Assembly (NCBI GenBank): GCA_036172245.1
Contig: JAYWIR010000046.1
Coordinates: 434,001-498,000 of the forward strand
Reading direction: 5' to 3'
DNA: 64,000 nucleotides
Origin: Raillietiella orientalis
Taxonomy: Eukaryota
The position numbers were made by a program, and so were the translations under genes. Positions 51,001-63,500 of the stretch are shown here, piece after piece; position 1 is the stretch's first letter; the number at the start of each line of letters is the position of its first letter. The notes under the pieces are model-generated. The model ran no database searches and was not told the origin of the DNA. It was given only the letters and a program-made list of their open reading frames with translations.

Positions 51001-54000
51001 GCACTGACTTGTTCGCGAGGACTTGATCTTCCCATCTGCTGTAACTGAAAGCCAGACTGAGAGATCTCCGTCTTCATTTATCAGCTTCTGTGAATCAAGT
51101 TATCATCTCAAAGAACCGAGTTGCTGTTTGCAGTTTCACTCCTTAATGGGAACCCGAACAGCGTTTGCATTCACGGTTTTTCCAGTGGCAGATTAGCAAG
51201 CAAGATTAGATGCGTTGAAGCTCGGAAGTAACACGGAAAAATACACTAATCGGAGAAGGAAAAAATGCACCAGATCCGTTTTTGTTTTTGGGGTAATAGC
51301 AGAGAGCATTCCAGGTTACTGCTTCGGGTTCATGACTTTTATTCCCCTGATAAAAACATTTTGAAAGGATACAAAAACAGGAAAACGGGCACAGAAATCG
51401 AAATATTCCTTGGAGTTCAAAATTGATGTCTACTGATTTTCAAAGTTCGATTTCAGAAGTTCGATTCAGAAGAAATCAGCTTTAGCTCCACATCGATTCG
51501 TAATCTAAAGTGGTATTCCTTTTAAAAATGGCCTTTTCATCCTGGAGTTTTTACTGAAAAATAAAAGTAAAATGGAAAACACATAACCCGACAATTTCAC
51601 ATGACATTTCTTCAAAAAGCACTTCTAGCAAACCAATTTTTTATTATTACCATTATTTTCTTTTCCTTCGTCTTACTATTTCATGATGAACAGAAAAAAG
51701 GCTTACGAAGAAGAAAGCTCAATAAAAGAGATGGATATATGGATGATATGGATCAATCAATTGATTTAATAAAGGAGATTTTCTTGAGAGAGAACCGACT
51801 GATAGGAAATGTGCACACAGCAGGGTGGTGGAAGTTCAAAGAACCCTGAAATTTGAATCTTGTTGTTCCCTCATACCTGAGCCATAAGAGGATCGAAAAA
51901 ATAGAATACGGTGCCATCGTTTGCATTTACATGACTCGTGAGAGAGCATTCCGAGAGAAGTCGTGCTCATTGATAAAAATGGGACCGGGGACATGAGTCT
52001 GCATGGGCGCGCGGACTCCAGCATGTGAAAATAGTGACTACTGCAACGTTTTGTGAAGACTGAAAAGACTCACTCAACATGGAAAATGCATCTGAAGCAT
52101 CTTACTCCAGACAATACAATGAAATTTGGAAGCAAATGTAAATGATTTTGCCGAAAAGTCCACGCTTCAGGACAAACTTTCACAAAGCACTAAGTGTCCT
52201 TAGCAAAAATAAAGCATAGGAAGGATGAAAAAACTGTAAAAAAGAACATTCAGCATGAAATCTTCTAATATATGCAGTGTTGTGAGGACTCTGGATGAAG
52301 GTTTGAAAGTCTAATGGAAAAAGTTCAAAGGAAATATTTCTGCTTGTTATATTTTTCTTCAAGAGAGATGAGATGTTTGGTTCATTTAATGGACTTGAAC
52401 TGATCTCCTTTACGCTTTTTAATTTGATTTTATCTGATTATGTAACTGATGCCGTTATTTCTTTATCTGTGCTTTGATATGATTTTCATCACAGTATCAT
52501 ATTGACTACATCTTCTTACTGTGCATTAACAGATGAATTGTGTAAGAACATATTAGGAGCATGGTAGAAAGGTCAGAAAAAGACTTTCAGTTTAAAAGGT
52601 CAGTTTTTTAGTATTCAATCTTCTTTTCAAAGAGGATTCCGAAGCACCTCAACCATTTGAGAAAAGATAAAGCTTATACTGGCTGCTGGATATGGAAATC
52701 AACGAAGCAAGTCTATGCACAGGCGATGAAGTATTAGTAAATTGATTTTCTGTTTGAAATGAGGAGTCTTCCGGCAGAACTATCTGCTGTCCTTTTGTGT
52801 TTCTTTCCTCCTGGCATATCAGACTCTGCTTTCGGTCTTCCTCTTGACCGATGTAATGTGGGCGCTGAATAAGCATAGCGTGATGAACTCGAAAGAACGG
52901 ATGCAGTTGCAGGAGCAAAACTCAGGATGTTTTTCTCCATAAAAATTATTGAAAAAAGGAAAAAAGAGACACGTGCTTGAAAAATTGGGGATGCTTTTTT
53001 GTCTGAGACTTAGGAACGATGGACCCGTATCAACTAGGCATCATTTTCTCACCTTCGTCGGCTCTGCTGCCTCGGCAGTTCCGAAAACGCCGTGCGATAG
53101 GGATTATTTGCAGTGCTGGCTACTTCAATGCTTGGTCGTTCTCCGTGAACATCTCCGTGTATGCATTCGATCCCTACAAGCACTTAGATGCATTGGGTAA
53201 ACGTGCAATCCGCTGAAAAATAAACTATGGCGAGTAATCTTGTTCTGAGTATTTTTATTTTTTTTTCCTATAAAGTATGTTTCTTCAAATCGCTCTGATG
53301 TACTGTTGCAGAATCTTCTCTTTAGTACTTGTAACCGCTACCTCATTCGTGAGCTTTAGATGATGAGCTCTCAGTCGAAAGTGAAGTCACAATCAAATCA
53401 ATAATGCTTTTTTCTTTCTCTCAGGCAAATCGGTGCGCGTGGGTTGTAGTCATCATGGCTACCTCCTGGATTTTCGAGATCATTCCATTGAGTATAACTG
53501 CTCTCATGCCCGTCCTCTTGTTTCCTTTGTTGGGAATTATGCCGAGCAAAGAGGTTACTCCGTTCTACATGAAGGAACCAGTAATGGTGCTCATGTCAAG
53601 CCTCATCTTCTCTCATCTTCTGGAACAGTCCAATCTGCACAGAAGAGTAGCACTGGCTTTCCTCACACACATGGGTGCATCTCCGAAACGGTACGAGACT
53701 TTTCGAGTCTGCTGAGCATGATTCCTGGATGGAAGCGTGAGTCCGCTGTCATGTGCTGCGGGACGTTCGTGAGCAAGCTGTAGGGATTTGGACCTTGCAT
53801 TTTCCGAAATTTTTGTTTATTGCTTTCATTCTTAGACGAATTTTCAACACAGTTCCTAGAACACAGACTCGGCAACCGTCCTTTTCACCTTTCCTTACAA
53901 ACACCAGCACCCTCTTCGTGCGAACGTTCCTCGCGCACCCAATACATTCACTCTTTCTATCCATATTTAAATAACTCTCGTTTTAGAGGTGTGAAAAAAA

Positions 54001-57000
54001 TTAACATTCTCTTAATTAACCCAAGAATATCTATTGGAAAATCCAACCAACAAATGACAAGTCTCGCAACATACATACGTTCGCATTTCAGCATGCCTTC
54101 TCCTTGGATCTTCCAAAATCTGAGAAGTCGTTTCCATCTCAATTAGAAAACCAACAAACGTTCAGAAAGCAAACCGTCATCACCAAACCCTGACACAGTA
54201 CAATTTACTGATTGGAATGTGGGTACATAGCGCATGAATACAACCGAACAGATTCAGGAGCAGATCTTTTCCTTTCTAAGACTAAAAGTTGCACATCCTC
54301 AAAAGACATTAAAAATATTACAGGCGATCAGTCTTCTGAATAGATGAGAAACACATCCACTCACATTGCTTTGCAAGTTCACACATAGTCATTTCGCTTC
54401 TAACTCGTTTTGTCCGATTCTTTGCCAATTAGCAGAAGTGTGATTTTAATCATTCTGATTTGTAACTGTACTAACCTATCCCATGAAATTCGACACCTCG
54501 ACATAATGTAAATTGCAGCAAGATAGGTTTCGCTAGACCCTAGTTTTCACATGGCAATTCATGCCTTTACACAGAAACATGTCTTCCGATGGCGTATTCA
54601 TATTAAGAGGTCATGCTAAAAGCAATTTGTCGAATGTCTGCAAGACCAGAATGCTTAAACAAAACGATTTCGTCTTCGGGTCTCAGTGAACTAGACAATG
54701 CATCTCGTACAAACTTTCTTATGTATGGATCAAGAAATTTATCGACGGAAGACATGATACCTCACCGTCAAAATAAAGTGTAGATAAAGAAGAGATGAAT
54801 ATCTGCAGCCTTTTGGAATTTCAGGAAAACAAGGAGCGTCCACAGCTCACTGTTTAAAATTTCGGAGCACACGCACTTTCATAAGATGAAACCCACATTC
54901 CAATCAGTGAAGATCGGGATGTCGAACAGCTGGAAGTTAAACATAAGAATTACAGATCTTTGACTCGGTTCCGAAGACAAAAGAGAGATGCTCATTGCCT
55001 CTTGTTGAACAGGATAAAATGTCGAAACTGTCCAGCGGTGCAAACATGCGCACGCAGAATGTTTGAGAAAATAGCCTGTGCCTGCAGGCTGTTGCTGAAA
55101 GCTTAGGAGACTTCAAACCAGTTTGATTTTACCAGGCAGACATCAATGGAAAGCGCCTGACGCGGTTACAATAGACCAAATGCTCAAAACAAACATCGGA
55201 CATTGCTGGCGTTGCAATCAAAGCTGTGCACAAGAGCTTGCAGCATGAAACAACCCCTCTTGGTTTTCCCTCATTTTTTTCTTTTTTTTTCATCCTTGGG
55301 AACAGGTAGAGGAAATTCAAAATCTGTCATTTGACCAAATCAATAAAATTGCGCTGAAAAATAAAATTTCTGCATTTTGAATGCAATGATCATGTGAGTG
55401 TGTGTGTGTATATCTGTGTGTGTGAGTGCTTTTCACAGTCATCATTGCAGATTGATTCTGGGTTTCATGCTGGTAACTATGTTTCTATCCATGTGGGTGA
55501 GCAACTCTGCAACCACCGCTCTCATGATTCCTGTAGTCACTGCACTTCTAGAGGAACTGAATGAGGTAGTTATCGTTGAGTTGATTGCTGAAGAAGGTAA
55601 CGAGGCAGGGAGTAGATTCAAAGTACAAGGGCGCTTTGATTTCGGGAAGAAATCTTTGGCCGTCTTCCCATTTCTAGCGTCCTCTATGAGATCGCAGCCT
55701 CGCCATGGTACGCTCTGAGAAACATCCTGTTGAATCCGTTAAACACATGAGCGATGCTGATTCCGAGTCGCTCCCTTGAAACGGTGTTTCCTGCTGAAAG
55801 TCTGCAGTTTTCTTTCTTTCGCATCCTTTTATTCTGCCTTCACATGCTTTCCTCTCTCTCGTAGAGAGGGGGAGATCCCACTCCCAGAGGGATGATGAGG
55901 TCTCCGTCTGTCAACACGGTTGTTAGCTCGGGTCAACAGAAACGGTAAGACTGAGCAGCGAGTGCTGTCGCCTTACCTTTCTGTTGCCAAAATGCGCTGC
56001 CATGCGGAGCCACGACCAAGGTTTCGAGAAAATTCTCATGGATCCAGTCCACTTACGGCAGACAAGATTCATCCGTGTGGACTCGGCTCTCTCCATACTC
56101 ACATTCTAATGCTCAATGGCATTTCAAATGTAGGCGATCAAGAATTTTCTTGGGAACTCACAGTAACCAGGGCCACGGAACTCTCTCGGTGCACAGGATC
56201 CATTTTTTCATCTTCTTTCTCTTGTTGTTACGTTTTTGCTTCTTTCTTCCTAGCATATCAGATTCTGCTTTCGGCCTTCCTTTTGACCGATGTAATGTGG
56301 ACGCTGAATAAGCATAGCGTGAACTCGAAAGAACGGATGCAGTTGCAGGAGCAAAACTCAGGATGTTTTTCTCCGTAAAAATTATTGAAAAAAGGAAAAA
56401 AGAGACACGTGCTTGAAAAATTGGGGATGCTTTTTTGTCTGAGACTTAGGAACGATGAACCCGTATCAACTAGGCATCATTTTCTCACCTTCGTCGGCTC
56501 TGCTGCCTCGGCAGTTCCGAAAACGCCGTGCGATAGGGACCATCTGCAGTGCAGGCAACTCCAGTGTTCTTCATTTTGTCGTTATTTAGCGTCAGAAAGC
56601 ACTGAGAGTGCAGCTTGGGAAACCAGTATCTCCATCCCCGAGCAGGGAAATTCCATCCTCAGCTTCAGAGCCCGCTCCTGATGCAAATTTGGAAATTGAG
56701 GAAGGCATTCCTCTGCCTTCAGACAACGTCGTGAGCAGTATAAGCACCGAAAGGTAAGAAGACTTGTCCATCACCTTTCAGTTTGCTTGAATACCCTTCA
56801 GGGATGTTTACCCACGTTTCGGTCCATTGTCTCATATGTCTCACTAAAGCAAATACGCGTGTAAAGAGGGTGACAAGGGATGGAGGTGCTTTCACGACCT
56901 TTACACGCATGCAAGATGGTCGCGGTACAAGAGTCCGCCGTATCGGAAAGGAAGAAACCATTTGCGCGTGCGGTGGGCACGAAACAAATAAATTGCACTA

Positions 57001-60000
57001 CGTTTCCGGACAAGTCGCCACAGTACACATAATACGAGCACTCTCTTTGCAATAGAACATTCTTTCCCTAAAAGGTGCAGGAAATCTTAAAATTCGACAA
57101 TGCCCGTAGGATACCTTGCATGAGACTTTACTGCACGAACTGTAGTCAGTGACATTCCTTTCAGTCGTCACGAAAGGAACGATCATTGACAGCAGAAACT
57201 TCACTGACCTTGATTTATTTATTTTTCAGTTTGCGGAAACTACGAAGCTTTGAAAAGAAGTTCCGAATTATATCCATGCTGTCGGTATCCTACTCGGCCA
57301 ACATCGGTGGTACTGGCACGTTGGTGGGAACACCAGTCAACCTCATCCTCAACGGATATATCTTGAGGTACGGTAAATAAACGATCGATAAAGAAGTAGC
57401 AATTGGGAGAAAATCGAAACGCCCAGGTTTTCTGCGGTTAGAGAAAAACGTGTGCTTTTGTTCGGAAGAAGCTGCCTTTGTGTGTACACATGACAGCCTC
57501 CCTACCAAAGCTCCCGATCGTGGTCTCGGTGCAACCGCCTTCTGGCATTTCCATCCAATTTATCCGAAAGGGAGATCATGCGTACGCGTTCGGATGCGAA
57601 CGAGTGAATGTTCGTCCGTTCCCGAAAAACAGCCAACACCATTGTAAGCGTGACCGGACTTTGAAAAGGGCAACTGAACTCCTTTTGGAAGGAAAAATGA
57701 TTGGAGTTCATATTTCACGACGCAACATCTCTACATGCAAGACATGGAGAAGACTGATACCTGGTGGCCTGAGTGAAAAGAGGAGATACATGTGAAAAGA
57801 AGGTTATTGATGGGAAGGCTTCGAATTTCTTTTTTTTTTATACTCCGAAACACAAAGAATAGATCTCAGGATCCATCCATTTACCCATCCACATGAGAGG
57901 AGTGGGTGCACATCGACATGTTTTCAATGTACAGTTTCCTTTAAATGGAATGAAGGTTCCTCGCTTGCATAAGTATTTGTTGGAATTCAATCCTGAGATA
58001 CATTTCGGACATCCTATAGTATAGACAGTTTGTTTTCCTTTTGAACGAGTGGATTTCTTATCAGGAGGCTCGCTGGAAATATTGCTCACTGAGCGTTGCG
58101 CATTCAAAGGACATCTCTTGCTGCTGCCCTGGGTGATTCGGTAAAGCTTTCAGGTAGAACCGCGATTGCGCTCTGTCAAGAGTAATTGAAATATGATAAC
58201 ATGGTCGTCCAAAGCATGTCAAAACGAAGAATAATCAGCTCACGATGTGGGGCACTAGATCTCGTGCACTGTCCTAAGGAATCAAAGCAGAGACACTCCA
58301 GCAGGAAGCGTTTTGCTGCTTACTAGAATTACACGGTATGGAGTTAACTGACAGGATTTCTTTTCGAGCAAGGGAGGTATCTGTCCTCGCTTTTCTTGGA
58401 CACCGAACGATGGCATGCCAACTTCAAACAATTGCACCCCTGCACCAATATGTCATCCCTGCTTATTCTCGTTTCGATCAGACTACTGATTCACACTCAC
58501 AAGTGACCAGAAACAGCCGAAAACAAACCATCGCTTCCTCCTAACAACCAATCTGAAAAACAATTAACTTGATAATTTCCGAAACATCTTCTCCATGAAA
58601 CATCAAGTCAAAACTTTTCTGCACGGTACTTTGCATGCCTTTAATTACTGCATGAGGTTTTAAAATCATTACATAACAACAAGGATACCCAATCCTTTCT
58701 CTCTCATACTTTATTCGGTACGAGAACAATCAAGGACTTAATAAGAGAATTTGAGGAAGAGAGCCCAAATCATGAATGCAAGACCCAGCAGTTAGGGTAG
58801 TCTACGAAACAGCTGAGAATGATTTGGGACCTCAGTAAAGACGGACCCAAACCAGCAATAGGGCAATGGAAGCTACGTAATGAATGCTGAGCATAAGTAG
58901 CAGCAGCAGTAGCCCCTCTTGCGCAACAGGCTCTGCTCTCGTGAGCGAAAAACCTTGGTATTCATGCTTAAACTGGGCCTCGGTTTTCTTTAAGAAACAA
59001 AAATCTGGAAACCGAAAACACGGAAACTTCAACCACAATTCCTTTGAACTGTTTCAAAGGAAAAGAGAAATTCAAGATAATATCTGTACAGAAGTGTCTT
59101 AAAAATAAATGTTGGTGATGCATTTGAACGGTTCCTTTGTATACCTACAGTCTGAAAATTTCTTACTTCTGTCTTTTTTAAAAGCATAAAACATCAGGGT
59201 TTTTTCTTTAGACGTAAGACATTGTAAATATAATAATTGCTAATTTTGGCTTTCAACACTTCTAGCCTCTATGGGCAGACTGAACTGAATTTCGCAACAT
59301 GGGCAATGTACAATATTCCAAGTATGCTACTGTGCATTTTTTGTGGATGGATATGGTTAGCCGTTATTGGTTTAAAGGTCAGTGGTAGAGAAAGAGAGAG
59401 AGAGAATTGTTGTCAGAACGTAGAACCATTAGGGTATGTTGAAAAAGAAAGAAACGAGAAATTGCAGGACTCTGAGACAGACGAAAGCTGCATTCCAATA
59501 GATGGCACGTTTGCAAAGTCATTTGAATTGAAGCGATTCCGAGTTGGAAACACAAGAATTCTCCTGGACTGAGACGCAGTCTTTCGGGTCAAAGTGCATT
59601 TTTGCTTTCGGATCTTTCGTGTGTTGCATTCGATGCGCAGTAACATTGTTCTCTGTCCCCGTGTTGTCTATTCCTTCTTCTTTCTTCTCTGAAACCAAGA
59701 GACATCAGCATTCGTGTCTCGTACAAGTTCGAGTCTCGTTTCATAAACGGAGCTTCCACCCTCTTGGGCCTCCAGCAGTGTAATGGTTGCCAGGCACATT
59801 AAAAGGAAAAGTCCATGGCATTTCGACTGACCTGAGTGAGTTGGATGGCACCCTAACTGCACCTGAAATACGTGCTCCTCAATCTATCTTTCCTACGAAG
59901 ACCTACAAATCCTAGAAAGAACATGCTTTCCTCTTACCTCTTACTGTCTTTGGATGGCGTCTGGTCTATGAAGAGTCTTGGTCTGTGGCTAGCTAGCCGA

Positions 60001-63000
60001 CGACAGCTGCGCGCGAATGGAGCAATCTGAAAGTAACTCACTACGAGACGGACACTTGGTCGTTTGCAGAGAGACTTAAGGAAGATAGTGGAACGATGTA
60101 GGTAATGGTTGAATGAGGAGAATGCTCTTTTCGGACTGGCAATGCACACTCAGTTTCGAAACAGCTGGCTGCAAGCAGAGGGAGAAAAGAAACCAAATCG
60201 AGTTCGAGACCAAATCGCTTCTCCTCTCAGGTATCCGACGGTAAGGAAAAGTCTCTGGCATTGGGAAGTTTCTTAAGGAAACAGATAAGTGAACATGTTT
60301 TCGGTTGGATTAGGATTAGTCCCAACCATGGTAACTTCCTTCGACCTCGCTAGGGAAAATAAGAAGAAAAACTCTTGGATTCAGAGAAGAGATTGTTCTT
60401 GATTCATTTGAAAGTCTGGGAGATTTATCATTAGAGTTCAGCTGACTGCACAGAAGGAAGGATAACTCTTAGAAGCAATCGTATCAGGATAAGTGGAAGC
60501 ATCTCGGGAAAGATCGACTCCACAATAAAATCCGAATCCTTCTAAGATATGATGCGGAAAGGAGGAGTACTGGTATTTTCCAATCACAGTACCTGAGCGT
60601 CTCGACCTTATTAAGCAGTCCATAAAAACGTTCAGCCGAGTAGCAAGTGAGTTTTCACAATGGACGAACCATCCTAATTTGGGGACCTTGATGTTTCTTT
60701 GTTTGTCTGACATTCGTGCTCTCCCTAAGCGCTTTATCCTAGTGAGCCTAACTGTTGTTTCCATAGTTGTTTGAGAAAATTTTTATCTCTATCCGCTTCC
60801 TTAGAACCCCTCTGACGATCTCAACGTAAGGCCTTCGGAGTAATCCGAAAGATTGGGTGGATCCTCTGCTAAGAGATTATGCAAACCGAAGGGTTGGGAA
60901 ACTTCGGCTTCGGTGGATGAGCACTGGTGTCGGAGGAACGTATTTACGGACCATTCGATAAAGACCGATTAGGATAAGTCAGAAGAGAGAGAGAAGAAAT
61001 CTGGAAAAATCCAGAGCCACTACCTACGTCCAGCAGCTACGATCATCTGCGGTTCTTCCATCCATGGCCGTAGCCTCTTCTCTGAAGAGATGAACAGTTT
61101 ACGGAGGCTTGGCGAAAATAGCAACCAAGCCGAGTTGACGGAGGTCCGGAACACGAGGTCACAAAAAGTCCGGTTTTAAGTCTGCCATGGCTAATTACAT
61201 TTTGCACTGGTTCTATCCGCCTGAATCTTCCGTGCCAACAGCTGGAACGCAGATCTGGCCTGGCGACTGACTGGTTGGTTCCTTGCTGCGTGCAAGATAC
61301 AGTACCTGTTGCCCACACAGAAAAATCAACCTTTTCAAGTGTAAACAAGTGGGGGAGAGAGGACAAGGTTCCACTGTGCTCTCGCTTTGCATCATCATCG
61401 AAAATGAATTTTCCCGTGCAATTTGCATAAAGTGACAGCCTTCAGTGACTCTTACACTACAAAACGATCGTGTCAAATCCCACGCGAGCACGAGACTAGT
61501 GAGACCAGCTGAACGGTAGGACTGACCGATCCTCATGAATTCTGCTCTCGGGAAACGAGGGGGGGTGAACCTGTTGGAGATCAAATGAGGTATCACATGG
61601 ACTGGAACTTCCCCCAGGAGGACAGAGTTGGGATTCCTCTGCTCATTTGTTTCTCTGAGAAACTCTCACTCTAAAGAATTCTTAAGTCTAGAAAACGTCT
61701 GACGAGTCCTGCGGCAGCACCAGCAAACGCGAATACTTGGGATTTGTGGGATCATGTGCTCCGAACGTTGATGAATGTCTCCAGTTTTCCCTTCTGTCTG
61801 TCTACTCTGCTTGAAAGGGACAATAGCCTTCGCTGAATTCATTGAACATACTCTCAAGGATGCGGACATCATGTTCAAAGGCAGCGTCACCAAGGAGCAG
61901 ATCACGGAATGCATCCGCGAAGCTTATCGAGCGTTGGGAAGGCCTTCCTTCGAAGAGAAATTGATGGCAGTCATGTTTGTCGTGCTTGTTCTTCTGTGGT
62001 TCTCTCGAAGTCCCGGGTTCATATCAGGATGGGCTTCGCTGTTCCCAGAAGTGTGAGTTGAAACCGAAAACGAATGCACTGATCAGCGCTTGCCAGGCAA
62101 ATCGCCGATTCGGCTCCCATAGTGTTCGTCATCATAGTGATTTTGCTGGTCCCCATCCTGAGAGCATTCTTCTGGAACTTGCACTCTAGTAAGTTGGAAC
62201 TGATCCCCAGCCACCTTGCTTCCACGCAGCGTTCCACCAAAAGTCATAAACAAGAAGCCAGCTGTCGAGATTTCCTCGTTCAGCACGAAGACTATTTGCA
62301 GGAACCTGAACTGGGACACATGCCTGCTAATAGGTGAGCTCTTGCAGAATCGCAGAACTGCTTTCAGGTTGCAGGTGGGGGATTCATCCTGTCGGAAGGG
62401 GTACAGCGTTCCGGACTGTCCCACGACATAGGAAAAGCCATGATGTTCTTTTCTTCATTCCATCCGGTAGTAATCGTGATTTTCGTTACAACACTGGTTT
62501 CGGCTTTCTCCGAAATAGCTTCCAACGGAGCTACTGCCAGCATCTTCATCCCTATATTCGGAGAACTGGTTAGCTAATAATCATAACCTGATTCTTTTTG
62601 TTGCATGATAGGGAGGAGGTGCTACCCGTTACGGTGGAGACTTATTTCCCCGTCGTTGTTGCAAACTTAACGTAGCAGCTTCAAAAATATTTAGGGAAAC
62701 AAACAAATGCCCTCCTGCCGCGGATTGCTTGTAAGCAGAACCGAAAGCAAACACTGAATAGAGTTAATGACAACTTGAGAAATCAGCTTTGCACACTTAC
62801 AGTAGCTATGAATCAGAAATCACTTCCGGAAAGCGTTTAAAAGAGGAAAGAAAAGCGTGGCACCTCTTGCTTTGGACGCACTGATGTGAACTGAGTGTGA
62901 TTTCACATTCCCAGAGTGGGAATTCGGTTAACAAATAGAGTTGACGGTTTAAAAGCTTCCGCAGTTCCATCCCTCGAAGATCTGGTACCGATGACAAACC

Positions 63001-63500
63001 AGACACACATGAAATTTCAATACTTGCTGCGCTTGTTGCTTATCGAAAATAAGATAGCTGCTTTTTCAATTAGTCGCGAAAAATTATCTTTACGGTGCCA
63101 TTCACACGAACAGAAGTTAATTTAATCTGTTTTGCCCTCAAGTGTAGAGTCCTCAAAATACATCCTTTCTACGTGCTGATTCCCCTGACTGTAAGTTGTT
63201 CTTTCGCCTTCATACTCCCGTGTGGAACACCTCCTAATGCACTAGCCTACGAAACCGGGAAGATGAAAACTCTGGACATGGTAAGATCGAAAGGAAAGAA
63301 AGCTGAAATGCAGTTTTGAGCTGAGAAGTTCCTGAGTGCTGAAGAATGTTCTTGCATCATTGCAGGTGAAACGAGGGATTCCGATGAATTTGATATGCCT
63401 CATTATAGTCAATCTGCACGTTAATGTTTTGGGTCAAGTCATGTTTGACATGAGTCATTATCCTGCCTGGGCAAACACAACCAAGCATCTAACAGAATGA
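48038..63500 (+). CDS. SLC13/DASS family di-/tricarboxylate (or sulfate) transporter, Indy-like, divergent
   Basis: Exons 48038-48148, 53425-53690, 55451-55565, [55865-55944 or 56590-56753], 57230-57367, 59266-59377, 61859-62052, 62097-62188, ~62230/62262-62333, 62375-62568, 63143-63280, 63366-63500. Motifs WIFEIIPLSITALMP, EQSNLHRRVAL, LSMWVSNSATTALMIP, YSANIGGTGTLVGT, LWFSRSPGFISGW, LIGGGFIL, EIASNGATA, SCSFAFILPCGTPPNA, FDMSHYPAWAN. Two junctions are ambiguous. Confidence 0.9.
50344..50580 (-). mobile_element. Degenerate LINE (CR1/L2/Jockey-like) ORF2 C-terminal fragment
   Basis: RDIFFSIAVCTTWNSL...LKLFKERQ resembles the R..FFS.R....WNSLP.....L..FK..L terminal motif of these LINEs. Confidence 0.45.
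52790..53130 (+). repeat. Local segmental duplicate, copy 1 (SLC13 intron 1)
   Basis: Aligns to 56230-56566; yields the near-identical ORF starts MKKGKKRHVLEKLG at 52949 and 56385. Confidence 0.95.
56230..56566 (+). repeat. Local segmental duplicate, copy 2 (between candidate SLC13 loop exons)
   Basis: Same-orientation copy of 52790-53130, with a near-identical core and more diverged flanks. Confidence 0.95.
59780..61400 (-). other. Antisense exon-like remnants nested in an SLC13 intron
   Basis: tttcag|IAPFARSCRRLASHRPRLFIDQTPSKDSK|gtaaga (59938-60026), a ~51-bp gt...cttag intron at ~60542-60593, and protein-like frames (FIVESIFPEMLPLILIRLLL; STEAEVSQPFGLHNLLAEDPPNLSDY) that do not join without stops. 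Confidence 0.3.

Noticed and set aside
52949..56681. Twin plus-strand ORFs MKKGKKRHVLEKLG as a small gene family
   Set aside because: TTG starts inside a recently homogenised duplication; the identity reflects DNA duplication rather than protein conservation.
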